This document shows positions 30,048 to 39,966 of a stretch of DNA of 64,000 nucleotides, piece after piece. The DNA is from an uncultured Bacillales bacterium. GTDB taxonomy: Bacteria > Bacillota_I > Bacilli_A > RF39 > UBA660. The notes beneath the pieces are model-generated. The model was not told the origin of the DNA. It saw nothing but the letters and a program-made list of their open reading frames with translations, and did no database searches. The stretch lies in contig CAMNCL010000001.1 in NCBI GenBank assembly GCA_946534345.1, positions 87,175 to 151,174 on the forward strand, read 5' to 3'. Position 1 is the first letter of the stretch. Each line of letters begins with the position of its first letter. A program made the translations under genes and the position numbers.

Positions 30048-30812
30048 ATGTTTGAATTAAAAGGAAGAGTAGCTGTTATAACTGGAGCATCTAGTGGCCT
30101 TGGAAAACAAATGACTAGAGCATTTGCTAAACAAGGTGCTGATTTAGTTATTTTAGCTAGAAGAATAGAAAGATTAGAGGAATTAAAAGAAGAATTAGAA
30201 AAAGAATATGAAGGAATTAAAGTATTACCAATTAAGTGTGATGTTACATCAACTGAAGATATTGATGCTGCAGCTGCTAAGGCTAAAGAAGTTTATGGTA
30301 AAGTAGATATTTTAGTAAACTGTGCAGGATCTGCTAAAAATGCAGGAGTACTTACTATGACTGATGAAGAATGGGATTTTACTATTTCAACAGACCAAAC
30401 TTCTGTATTTAAGATGACTAGAGCATTTGCAAATATTATGAAGGAAAATAACTATGGAAGAATCATTAATATTGCTTCTATGTATGGATTAGTAGGTAAT
30501 ACTGCATTAGATACAGTAGCTTATCATTCATCTAAAGGTGGAGTAGTTAATTTTACAAGAGCTGTGGCTGCAGAACTTGCAAAATATAATATTACATGTA
30601 ATGCAATTTGTCCTGGATATTTTGATACAGAATTAACTCATGAAACATTAATTACAGATGAGTTTACTCAATATATGAAAGCAACTGTACCACTAGGAAG
30701 ATATGGACATGAAGGTGAATTAAATGCAGGAGCAATCTTCTTAGCTAGTGATGAAGCAAGTTATGTTACTGGAGTAATTTTACCAATAGATGGTGGTTAT
30801 ACAGCAGTTTAA
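30048..30812 (+). CDS. Short-chain dehydrogenase/reductase (FabG/gluconate 5-dehydrogenase-like)
   Basis: 'VITGASSGLGK' cofactor motif, 'NCAG' and 'YHSSKGG' (YxxxK). Confidence 0.85.
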   Translation: MFELKGRVAVITGASSGLGKQMTRAFAKQGADLVILARRIERLEELKEELEKEYEGIKVLPIKCDVTSTEDIDAAAAKAKEVYGKVDILVNCAGSAKNAGVLTMTDEEWDFTISTDQTSVFKMTRAFANIMKENNYGRIINIASMYGLVGNTALDTVAYHSSKGGVVNFTRAVAAELAKYNITCNAICPGYFDTELTHETLITDEFTQYMKATVPLGRYGHEGELNAGAIFLASDEASYVTGVILPIDGGYTAV

Positions 30813-30836
30813 GAGAATTAATTCAGGAGGTATAAT

Positions 30837-31511
30837 ATGCCTAGTTTTACAAACGAAAAAGTAAATGACATTAATTTGGGTATAAAAGCATCTGAAGTAA
30901 GTACAAGTGGTGGATATGTACAACAAAATAGTGTATATGTTGATGATATTGTTAAAAACGATCCATCTTCTGCTGTAATTGTTGATTTTGGAGAATTAAC
31001 AACACCAAATAATCAAGAACTTGTTGATTCTTTATACGATGAAATTGGTAAAAGAAGTTGGGATTTTGATGATTCGCCAGTAAAGTTTACTGATAATAAA
31101 TGGTGTGCGGATTTTGTAAGTTATATGCTTTGGAAGAATGGTTATAATTATGAATGGGGTTCTTGGGCTGGTAGAGAAAGTGTAGAAGGATCCATATTTA
31201 CAGCATTGCGAAAAGGCGGAGCAGAGATTCATTATGGGGAATATGCTGCTGCAAGTGGGCATACTCCAGATCTTGATTATGTGCCTCAACCTGGAGACGT
31301 CTTTTTACTAAACACTGAGGAAAATCCACCCGGAGATGTATATCCAGATCATGTTGGAATAGTTGTTAAAGATAATGGAGATGGAACTGTCACAACTATA
31401 GAAGGAAATACAAGTAATGAAAATGGTGAGATTGTGGATGGTGGTATAGTCGCAATAAAGATAAGACCTAAATCAGAGATATATGGTTATGCTACTCCTG
31501 AAAAGTCTTAA
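30837..31511 (+). CDS. CHAP-domain amidase/peptidase without signal peptide
   Basis: 'NKWCADFVSYMLWKNG' (Cys) ... 'PDHVGIVV' (His) in CHAP order. N-terminus 'MPSFTNEKV' is not a signal peptide. Confidence 0.6.
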   Translation: MPSFTNEKVNDINLGIKASEVSTSGGYVQQNSVYVDDIVKNDPSSAVIVDFGELTTPNNQELVDSLYDEIGKRSWDFDDSPVKFTDNKWCADFVSYMLWKNGYNYEWGSWAGRESVEGSIFTALRKGGAEIHYGEYAAASGHTPDLDYVPQPGDVFLLNTEENPPGDVYPDHVGIVVKDNGDGTVTTIEGNTSNENGEIVDGGIVAIKIRPKSEIYGYATPEKS

Positions 31512-31604
31512 TAATATGTAAAACTGTAAAATTTATAGTTACAGTTTTTATAAAAAAAATATGCTATACTAAATACACATTGAGAGAAAGTCAGGTAGAA
31601 ATAA

Positions 31605-31838
31605 ATGATTAATAATGATAATAGATTTGGATATCTAAGAGTAGAATCATTAGAAGATTTAGAAGAAAAATATCGTGCTTTAATTGATGAAAGAGATAGT
31701 TGTGAAAAATTTTTACAAAGAAAAAATATTCGTAGTGAAGCAAGAACTGATATCCATAATGATATTATGTATCTAAATGATATTATTGATTATATTGAAT
31801 TATTAATTAATGAAAAAAGAGAACAGAAATCTAGATAG
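31605..31838 (+). CDS. Small helical hypothetical protein
   Basis: 77-aa ORF. Confidence 0.4.
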   Translation: MINNDNRFGYLRVESLEDLEEKYRALIDERDSCEKFLQRKNIRSEARTDIHNDIMYLNDIIDYIELLINEKREQKSR

Positions 31839-31880
31839 ATTTGTTCTTTTTTTATGCTATAATTATTCTAGGTGAGAATT

Positions 31881-32807
31881 ATGAGTTATATTCAAATTCT
31901 AAGTTGTAGTAATGATTTAGGTAATTGTTGCAACGATAAAGCTTTATTAAAAATTTGGTCAATTACTAGTAATGTTTTAAGTATAATTCAAATAGTTGTT
32001 CCTATCTTATTATTAATAGTAGTTACAATATCATTGGCTAAGTTAATGATTGATCCAGATAATAACAAAGAATTAAAAGCTATTAAGAATAAATTTATTG
32101 CGGCAGTTATAGTATTTTTTATTCCAGTATTTATAAATGCAGCAATAAATATAACTTCAGAATCATCTTCAAAGTCATTAAATTTTGTTGATTGCCTGAA
32201 GGAAGCTAAGAATGTTAAAATTGATATGAAGTCGAAGTATATTCCAATCGATGAAAAAGGTACTGTTCCAATAGTCCCTACTGGTGATTATGAAGAGGGC
32301 ACTCCTAGTAAAGAGTCTATAGGAGATAAGATCTCATCAAGAGTTTGTACTGTAGGTGATAAATCAGTAAAGTTAGTATATAATGATTCGCATGCTGAAG
32401 CTAAGATTTCAAGAAAAGTAAACGGACAAGAAGTTGTGGACTATGCTAAATCTTGGATAGGAAAAATGTCATATGAATTTACTGCTCAAGGACCATTGAA
32501 AGTTGGAGGTAAATGTAGTTGTTCACATTTTGTCTATCAAGTATTAAAACATTTTGATATGATTGAAGGAAACTTTATTCGTTCTACTGTTTGGGGATCA
32601 TGTAATGTAAAAGGCACAACAATTTACTCTGATTATTCAAAACTAGTACCTGGTGATGTAGTATTTATGACTCTAGGTGGAACTGCAGGACATGTAGGAA
32701 TATATGCTGGTAATGGAAAAGTAATCGATTGTAATACTGGAACGGGTGTAAGAACATCTAATGCTAAAAACTATACTGCTTTTATTCACTTAAATGCTTA
32801 TGATTAG
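31881..32807 (+). CDS. Membrane-anchored NlpC/P60-family peptidoglycan hydrolase with Cys-rich two-TM N-terminus
   Basis: 'GGKCSCSHFVYQVL' (Cys) ... 'GHVGIYAGNGKVIDC' (His). N-terminal 'SCSNDLGNCCNDK' plus two TM helices. ATG at 31881 after 'aggtga'. Confidence 0.6.
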   Translation: MSYIQILSCSNDLGNCCNDKALLKIWSITSNVLSIIQIVVPILLLIVVTISLAKLMIDPDNNKELKAIKNKFIAAVIVFFIPVFINAAINITSESSSKSLNFVDCLKEAKNVKIDMKSKYIPIDEKGTVPIVPTGDYEEGTPSKESIGDKISSRVCTVGDKSVKLVYNDSHAEAKISRKVNGQEVVDYAKSWIGKMSYEFTAQGPLKVGGKCSCSHFVYQVLKHFDMIEGNFIRSTVWGSCNVKGTTIYSDYSKLVPGDVVFMTLGGTAGHVGIYAGNGKVIDCNTGTGVRTSNAKNYTAFIHLNAYD

Positions 32808-32816
32808 GAGAAAAAT

Positions 32817-33497
32817 ATGAATGAAAAAAAATTAAAAAAATATTTTCTATTAGTTATTCTTATTATTATATTATTGATAATATATGGAATATATCTATTA
32901 GCTAATAGAAATGAAAAAGTAGTTAAAGATTCTTCAAAAAATATTGTTTATACATATTATGAAAATAGTGATTATAATCAAAAGATACCTAATGTTAATA
33001 TAAATAAACTAGATAAGAAAATAAATGATTCTATTATAGAATTTACTAATAACTTTAAAGATTCTAAGACTGCTTCTATATCATATCAATATAGTTTATC
33101 TGGAAATATTTTATCTTTATTGATAACTGTAGAAGATTCTAAATATGAAGGTTCACCGGATGTTAGTTTTAAATCATATATTATTGACTTGAAAAAATTA
33201 AAAATATTAAATGACGATCAAGTGTTAAAATTATTTGCTATAGATAAAAAAACTGTTGTGGATGAAATAAACAATAGATTTAAAAAGTATTATGAAGAAG
33301 AAATTGATAAGAAAATAATATCTAATATGACTTATAAAGAATACATGGATAAAAGAAATCTTAATAATATAGGAGATAGTATTTATTTGTATATTGAAGA
33401 TGCTAAATTAAATGTTTATCTTGATTATAATTCTTTTGTTGCAGAAGAGAAGACTTATTATTTAGCTAATATTGGTTATAAATTTGAAATTAGTTGA
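32817..33497 (+). CDS. Hypothetical single-pass membrane protein
   Basis: TM 'YFLLVILIIILLIIYGIYLL'. Confidence 0.45.
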   Translation: MNEKKLKKYFLLVILIIILLIIYGIYLLANRNEKVVKDSSKNIVYTYYENSDYNQKIPNVNINKLDKKINDSIIEFTNNFKDSKTASISYQYSLSGNILSLLITVEDSKYEGSPDVSFKSYIIDLKKLKILNDDQVLKLFAIDKKTVVDEINNRFKKYYEEEIDKKIISNMTYKEYMDKRNLNNIGDSIYLYIEDAKLNVYLDYNSFVAEEKTYYLANIGYKFEIS

Positions 33498-33572
33498 TGT
33501 AAAGAAGGTAAATACCTTCTTTTTTATTTGTGTTTATATGTTATAATGTTATAAGAATAGGAGTTTGTGTTT

Positions 33573-36200
33573 ATGAAAGAAAATCGATATTATTCAATGA
33601 CAATAGATGAAGTTTTTAAGAAATTTCAAGTCGATGATAGTGGACTTAGTTCTAGAGAAGCCCTAAAAAGAATTAATAAACATGGTAAGAATGAATTACC
33701 TAAAAAAGAAAGAGATAGTATCTTTAAAATCTTTTTTATGGAATTATTAGATCCTATTGTTTTATTACTAGTAGTAGCAATAATTGCATCTCTTGTAGTA
33801 GGAGAAGTAGTAGATGCTTTAGCTATTGCATTTATTGTTTTAGTTGATTTAATAATTGGAACTTATGAAGAAAATAAGGCCAATACAACAGTGGAAGCAT
33901 TAGCCTCTCTAGTTCCAGAAAAGGTAAAAGTAGATCGTGATGGAAAAGAAGTTTTAATAGATGCTAAAGATTTAACAGTAGGAGATTATGTTTATCTAGA
34001 ATCAGGAGATAAGATTAGTGCAGACTTACGTCTAGTTGAAGCTCATAATTTTACTGTTGATGAATCTATTCTTACAGGTGAGAGTATTACAGTAGATAAG
34101 AATGCTAAAATGTTACCTAATAAAGAATTAGCAATTACATCTCAAACTAATATGGTATTTGCTGGTACTACAGTAGTAACTGGTAGAGCAAGAGCAATCG
34201 TAGTAGGTGTTGGATTAAATACTGAAATAGGTAAGATTGCTAATACATTAAATGAAACAGTAGAAGAGAAATCTCCACTTACTATTAGAGTTGATAAATT
34301 CTCTAAGCAAATAAGTATTTTAATTGGAGTTTTAGCAGTTATTTTAGCTATTATGTTATTTAGTAAAGGATTACCATTCCAAGAAGTATTAGTATCAGTT
34401 ATAGCTTTAGCAGTATCTGCTATGCCTGAAGGACTACCGTTAGCCTTGACTATGGCTTTAACTATTGCATCTAATAAGATGGCTAAAAGAAAAGTTGTTG
34501 CGAAAAAATTAAATTATGTAGAATCTCTTGGTAGTTGTACTGTAATTGCTAGTGATAAAACAGGAACACTTACAGTTAACGAACAAACTGCTAAGAAGAT
34601 AGTATTACCAAATGATTTAGAATATGAAATATCTGGATCAGGTTATTCAGTTGATGGAAACGTAGTTGGACGAAACTTAAAATATGCTCGTGAAATTGCT
34701 AAACTAGGTGTTATTAATAACGAAGCTAAGTTTAGTAAAACAGAACAAATAGGTGATTCTATTGATATAGCATTCTTAGTCTTAGGAGAAAAGATGAAAA
34801 CTAAGATTAATGATATTAAAGTATTAGAGACTATTCCATATGAATCAGCTAATAAGTATTCTGCAGTATTCTATGAAAAAGATGGAGAAACTTATTGTAC
34901 TATTAAAGGGTCATTAGAAGTAGTAATGTCTTTCTGTAATAAAATAAATCTAAAGAAAGATTTTAATTCTAAGAAAATAGAAGAACAGAATGAAGCTTTA
35001 TCTAGTGATGGATATCGTGTTATTGCTGTAGCTAATGGAAAGATTAGAAAAAAACATGAATATAGTGAAAAAGATATTAAAGACTTAACATTTATGGGAT
35101 TAGTTGGTTTTATTGATCCTATTCGTAAAGAAGCAGTTAAAGCTATTAAGAATTGTACTAGTGCTGGTATTAAAGTATTAATGATTACTGGGGATCACCC
35201 TTTAACTGCATTTAAAATAGCTAAGGATTTAAAATTAACTAATACTTTTGATGAAGTAACTACTGGTAGTGAAGTGGAAGAATATCTTAAGAAGACTGAA
35301 AAAGAATTTGATAAGTTTGTTATGAGTAAAAAAATATTTACTAGAGTTACTCCAATGGAAAAATTAAAAATAGTAGAATCATTAAAAAGACAAGGTGAAT
35401 TTGTCGCAGTTACTGGTGATGGAGTAAATGATGCTCCTGCTCTAAAGGTTGCTAATATTGGTATTGCTATGGGTAGTGGTACAGATATTGCTAAAGAAAC
35501 AGCTAAAATGATTGTTATAGATGATAACTTTAAATCTATTGTTAATGGTGTATTAGAAGGAAGAGTTGCTTATGCTAATATTCGTAAGATTACTTATTTC
35601 TTAATATCTTGTGGTTTAGCAGAAGTATTATTCTTTACATTATCTATTGCTTTTAATATGCCAATGCCATTAGTTGCTATTCAATTACTTTGGTTAAATG
35701 TTGTTACTGATGGTATACAAGATATTGCTTTATCATTTGAAAAAGCAGAAGATGATATTATGAAGAGACCTCCTAGAGATCCTAAAGAAAGTTTATTTGA
35801 TAAAAACTTATTTAGTGAAATAATTGTATCTGGATTATTCATTGGATTAATTGTCTTTGGATTATGGTATTACTTATTAAATGTTATGCATATGGATGCT
35901 AGTGTAGCTAGGGGTTATACTATGGCATTAATGATTATTATTCAAAATATTCATGCATTTAATTGTCGTAGTGAAGATAAAAGTTCATTTAGTATACCAT
36001 TATCTTCTAATCCAATATTCTTAATTGGAGTAGTAGGTTCAATGGTTTTAGGAGTTGCTGTATTAGAAGTAGATTTCTTAACAGTATTCTTAAAAACTGC
36101 TCATGTTCCTGGATTACATTTATTCTATTTATTACTTTTAGGATTAACTATTTTAGTAGTAATGGAAATATACAAAAAACTTAGAAATTTAAAGAAATAA
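33573..36200 (+). CDS. Calcium-translocating P-type ATPase (type IIA)
   Basis: 'DKTGTLT' phosphorylation site, 'TGDGVNDAPAL', and 'MPEGLPLALT' from the Ca-ATPase ion site. Confidence 0.9.
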   Translation: MKENRYYSMTIDEVFKKFQVDDSGLSSREALKRINKHGKNELPKKERDSIFKIFFMELLDPIVLLLVVAIIASLVVGEVVDALAIAFIVLVDLIIGTYEENKANTTVEALASLVPEKVKVDRDGKEVLIDAKDLTVGDYVYLESGDKISADLRLVEAHNFTVDESILTGESITVDKNAKMLPNKELAITSQTNMVFAGTTVVTGRARAIVVGVGLNTEIGKIANTLNETVEEKSPLTIRVDKFSKQISILIGVLAVILAIMLFSKGLPFQEVLVSVIALAVSAMPEGLPLALTMALTIASNKMAKRKVVAKKLNYVESLGSCTVIASDKTGTLTVNEQTAKKIVLPNDLEYEISGSGYSVDGNVVGRNLKYAREIAKLGVINNEAKFSKTEQIGDSIDIAFLVLGEKMKTKINDIKVLETIPYESANKYSAVFYEKDGETYCTIKGSLEVVMSFCNKINLKKDFNSKKIEEQNEALSSDGYRVIAVANGKIRKKHEYSEKDIKDLTFMGLVGFIDPIRKEAVKAIKNCTSAGIKVLMITGDHPLTAFKIAKDLKLTNTFDEVTTGSEVEEYLKKTEKEFDKFVMSKKIFTRVTPMEKLKIVESLKRQGEFVAVTGDGVNDAPALKVANIGIAMGSGTDIAKETAKMIVIDDNFKSIVNGVLEGRVAYANIRKITYFLISCGLAEVLFFTLSIAFNMPMPLVAIQLLWLNVVTDGIQDIALSFEKAEDDIMKRPPRDPKESLFDKNLFSEIIVSGLFIGLIVFGLWYYLLNVMHMDASVARGYTMALMIIIQNIHAFNCRSEDKSSFSIPLSSNPIFLIGVVGSMVLGVAVLEVDFLTVFLKTAHVPGLHLFYLLLLGLTILVVMEIYKKLRNLKK

Positions 36201-36246
36201 TAAAATATGTTATAATATTAGAACGATGGGAGTGGATTAATTATTT

Positions 36247-38208
36247 ATGGAAATAGAAATTAACGAATCAAAAATAATTGATCAAATTAGATGCTTAGGT
36301 ATAGATATGATAGATAAGGCTAATAGTGGACATCCTGGTATTGTTCTAGGAGCTGCACCTATCATCTATACTTTATATGCTCATCATTTAAATTTTGATC
36401 GTAAGCATCCTGATTATTTTAATAGAGATAGATTTGTAATGTCTGCAGGTCATGGATCAGCCTTATTATACGCAACTCTTCATATGGCAGGGTTTGGTAT
36501 TGATTTAAATGATTTGAAGAACTTTAGACAAATTGATTCAATTACTCCAGGACATCCTGAATATGGAGTAACTCCAGGAGTAGATTGTACTACAGGTCCA
36601 TTAGGGCAAGGTATCGCAACTGCAGTAGGAATGGCTATCGCAGAAGCTAATTTAAGTAATAGATATAAAGGTTTAGTTGATCATTATACTTATGTTTTAT
36701 GTGGTGATGGAGATTTAATGGAAGGTATTTCATATGAGGCTGCATCTCTCGCAGGTACATTAGGATTAAATAAATTAATAGTATTATATGATTCTAATGA
36801 TATATGTTTGGATGGTAAAACATCTGATACTTTTAGAGATAATGTTTCAATGAGATTTGTAGCTCAAGGATGGAATGCTATTACAGTAGATGATGGAACT
36901 AATATAGAAATGATTTCTAAAGCTATTGAAACAGCTAAACAAAGTACAGATAAACCAACACTTATTGAAATTAAAACAATTATTGGTAAATATTCTGAAT
37001 TAGAAGGAACTAATAAAGTACATGGAGCTCCTTTGAAAAAAGAGGATATTACTAAGATAAAAGAAAAGATGGATTTTAGAGATATACCTTTTGCAGTTAG
37101 TCAAAAATCTATGGAAGAAATGCAAGCTATGATAGATGAGCGTTGCATTGATTTAAATGATAAGTTTTTAGAACTTGTATCTTCTCAAGATGATAAAACT
37201 AAAGAAGAATTAGAATACTTTATGAATAAAGATAAAAGTATTGAATTAAAAGACTTTTTCTATGATTTACCTGATAATAAAATGGAGTCTCCTAGAGATG
37301 CTTCATCTAAAGTATTGAATGCTATAGTAAAAGATTCACCATTCTTATTTGGAGGAGCTGCTGATTTATTCGCAGCTAATAAGACTTATATTAAAGATGG
37401 TGGAGATTTTTCTAAAAATAATTATCTTGGAAAAAATATTTTCTTTGGAGTAAGAGAACATGCTATGGGAGCAATCTTAAATGGATTATCTCTTCATGGA
37501 TTTAGACCATATGGTTCTACTTTCCTAGCATTCAGTGATTATTTAAAACCTGCTATGAGACTTGCTTCTATGATGAATTTATCTAATATATATGTATTTA
37601 CACATGATTCTATTGGAGTAGGAGAAGATGGACCAACTCATCAACCAGTAGAACAATTAGTTATGCTTAGAAGTTTACCTAATTTAGATGTCTTTAGACC
37701 AGCAGATACTAATGAGGTTTTAGGTACATATCGTACAATTCTAAAGAAAGAATCTGGTCCAAGTGCTATTGCTTTAGCTAGAAATACTCTTCCTATTTTA
37801 GAAGAAACTAAAGCAAGTGAAGTAGAAAAAGGTGGATATGTTGCTTTAGACACAGTAGAAAAACCTAAAGGAATTGTAATTACTTGTGGTGAAGAATTAC
37901 ATGCAGTTCTAGAAGCTGCTAAGAATTTAAAAACCAAGGGAGTAAATATTAGAGTAGTATCTATGCCTAACTTAGAAAGATTCTTAGTACAAAGTGATGA
38001 ATATAAAGAAGAAGTATTACCAGTAGAAGTAAGAAAAATAGTTGTAGAAGCATCATCTAGTTTCTCTTGGAATAGATTAGTATATAATAGTAAATATCTA
38101 ATTACATTAGATAAGTTTGGTTGTAGTGGACCATCATCTGATGTTTATAAGAAATATGGATTTGATGCAGAATCATTAGAAGAAAAAATAGATAATTTAT
38201 TAAAATAA
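36247..38208 (+). CDS. tkt: Transketolase
   Basis: 'SGHPGIVLGAAP', 'GDGDLMEG' TPP motif; 653 aa. Confidence 0.95.
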   Translation: MEIEINESKIIDQIRCLGIDMIDKANSGHPGIVLGAAPIIYTLYAHHLNFDRKHPDYFNRDRFVMSAGHGSALLYATLHMAGFGIDLNDLKNFRQIDSITPGHPEYGVTPGVDCTTGPLGQGIATAVGMAIAEANLSNRYKGLVDHYTYVLCGDGDLMEGISYEAASLAGTLGLNKLIVLYDSNDICLDGKTSDTFRDNVSMRFVAQGWNAITVDDGTNIEMISKAIETAKQSTDKPTLIEIKTIIGKYSELEGTNKVHGAPLKKEDITKIKEKMDFRDIPFAVSQKSMEEMQAMIDERCIDLNDKFLELVSSQDDKTKEELEYFMNKDKSIELKDFFYDLPDNKMESPRDASSKVLNAIVKDSPFLFGGAADLFAANKTYIKDGGDFSKNNYLGKNIFFGVREHAMGAILNGLSLHGFRPYGSTFLAFSDYLKPAMRLASMMNLSNIYVFTHDSIGVGEDGPTHQPVEQLVMLRSLPNLDVFRPADTNEVLGTYRTILKKESGPSAIALARNTLPILEETKASEVEKGGYVALDTVEKPKGIVITCGEELHAVLEAAKNLKTKGVNIRVVSMPNLERFLVQSDEYKEEVLPVEVRKIVVEASSSFSWNRLVYNSKYLITLDKFGCSGPSSDVYKKYGFDAESLEEKIDNLLK

Positions 38209-38269
38209 TTATCTATTTTCTTGTCTAATATAATAATTTTATGTAAAATATAAACAAGGAGATGAAATT

Positions 38270-38479
38270 ATGTTACATGATATATTAATATTAGTAGTAG
38301 GATTATTACTAGGTGCAGTAATAGGTTTCTTCGCATCAAGAAAGTTTATGCAAAATTATTTAAAGAAGAATCCACCAATAAATGAAGATATGATTAAAGC
38401 TTTAATGATGCAAATGGGTAGAAAACCAAATCAAAAACAAATTAATCAAATGATGAAAGCAATGGAAAAATACCAATAA
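38270..38479 (+). CDS. UPF0154/YneF-like small membrane protein
   Basis: '[39 protein letters not shown]' pattern. Confidence 0.55.
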   Translation: MLHDILILVVGLLLGAVIGFFASRKFMQNYLKKNPPINEDMIKALMMQMGRKPNQKQINQMMKAMEKYQ

Positions 38480-38562
38480 TGGTATTTTTTTGTTGACAAT
38501 TTTTACAGTATAAATCATTGTTTGAAACTGTTATATATATTAAAATAGTAGTAGGTGAGACT

Positions 38563-39315
38563 ATGAAAAAGAGAAGTAAAACATTGAAAGTAGAATCATT
38601 AGTTTATATATTTGTATTTTTATTATTAGGTGTTGAATTATCCGCAATAGCAGGATTGTTTATAAGTATTAAATCAGGCTATCCCTTTGATGAAATGCCA
38701 GTATATTTAGTGTGTTCATTCTTTGTACTAGTATTTTTTATAGTATGTATTGTTTCATTAGATAGTTTTTTACAAAAAAGAGGTAAAAATAAACTATTTA
38801 AAGTACCAAGTAATATATATGGGCCCTTAAAAGTATTATTAGCTATCGTAGTTACTATAAGTGTACCAATAGTATTATTTTTAATAAGTTATGAAGACTA
38901 TATTAATTTTATGAGAGGATCTAACACAATATATCGTTATGGTTTAGGTGAACAATTAGTAAAAGAAAGCACTGAAATAGATTCGTTAAATACAGTGAAA
39001 AAATATAAAAAACTAAAAAGTAATATTTTTATAAGATATGAATTAAATGATAATAGTATAGTTAATCAAGCTGTATGCTTTATTAAAAATAAAAGACTAG
39101 TATGTTTAGATGGAAATCTTGACAGTAACTATAATTCTAATTATATAAGTTTGATGAAAGCTTTTGGAGATAATAACTGTACTGATTCAAATAAAGTAAT
39201 TTGTTCTGATGATGACTTAGTTGCTACTATGGATAAAAATGGATCGGTATATGTTAGTAATAAGAATAAGACTTGTAGAATCACTGGTGAAGGATCTATA
39301 TGTCATAATAAATAA
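38563..39315 (+). CDS. Hypothetical membrane protein
   Basis: ATG after 'aggtgag'; three TM segments. Confidence 0.45.
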   Translation: MKKRSKTLKVESLVYIFVFLLLGVELSAIAGLFISIKSGYPFDEMPVYLVCSFFVLVFFIVCIVSLDSFLQKRGKNKLFKVPSNIYGPLKVLLAIVVTISVPIVLFLISYEDYINFMRGSNTIYRYGLGEQLVKESTEIDSLNTVKKYKKLKSNIFIRYELNDNSIVNQAVCFIKNKRLVCLDGNLDSNYNSNYISLMKAFGDNNCTDSNKVICSDDDLVATMDKNGSVYVSNKNKTCRITGEGSICHNK

Positions 39316-39328
39316 TTAGAGGTGTATT

Positions 39329-39919
39329 ATGAATAATAATGAATATAAAGAAATAAAGCTACCAGAAGAAATGTCAAAAGAAGAAAAAATAGATCTAATG
39401 TTAGAAACTCCTATTTCTAAGAATGAAGGAGAAAATGTACATGGATTACTATATAACATTGTTGGATTTATTGGGTTTTTGTTTTTTACTGTTTTTTTTG
39501 GTGGAGCTGGATTATTAGCCTTACTAAATGAAGATAGCGATAGTGGTACTAAAGCAGTAGCTAGTATATTTTTGATATTTACTGTTGTACTTATATATAA
39601 AACTATTAAATATGCTATAAGTATTAAAAGTGTTTTAAAAGGTATGAAAGAAGAAAAAAGAGTAGTTATTTCTCTTCAAAATATAGGATACTTTATCTAT
39701 TCTTTAGCCTTTTTAATAATAATGAGTATGTTTATTCTTATGTTTATTAATCCAGAAAGTAAGTTATTAAATGATAATTTTATGTTACTTCCGTATATCG
39801 CAATTGGTTTTGGTATTGTTGGTACAATAATAATATATATAGATCGAGGAATGAGATTATTTCATAAAGAAACAAAAGTTGTAGAAATAAACAGTGATAA
39901 AAAGGATATTGATAAATAG
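39329..39919 (+). CDS. Hypothetical membrane protein
   Basis: Four predicted TM helices. Confidence 0.45.
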   Translation: MNNNEYKEIKLPEEMSKEEKIDLMLETPISKNEGENVHGLLYNIVGFIGFLFFTVFFGGAGLLALLNEDSDSGTKAVASIFLIFTVVLIYKTIKYAISIKSVLKGMKEEKRVVISLQNIGYFIYSLAFLIIMSMFILMFINPESKLLNDNFMLLPYIAIGFGIVGTIIIYIDRGMRLFHKETKVVEINSDKKDIDK

Positions 39920-39966
39920 ATAGATTTGATTTAAAATAATAAAATATTATTTTGGGATGTGATTAT

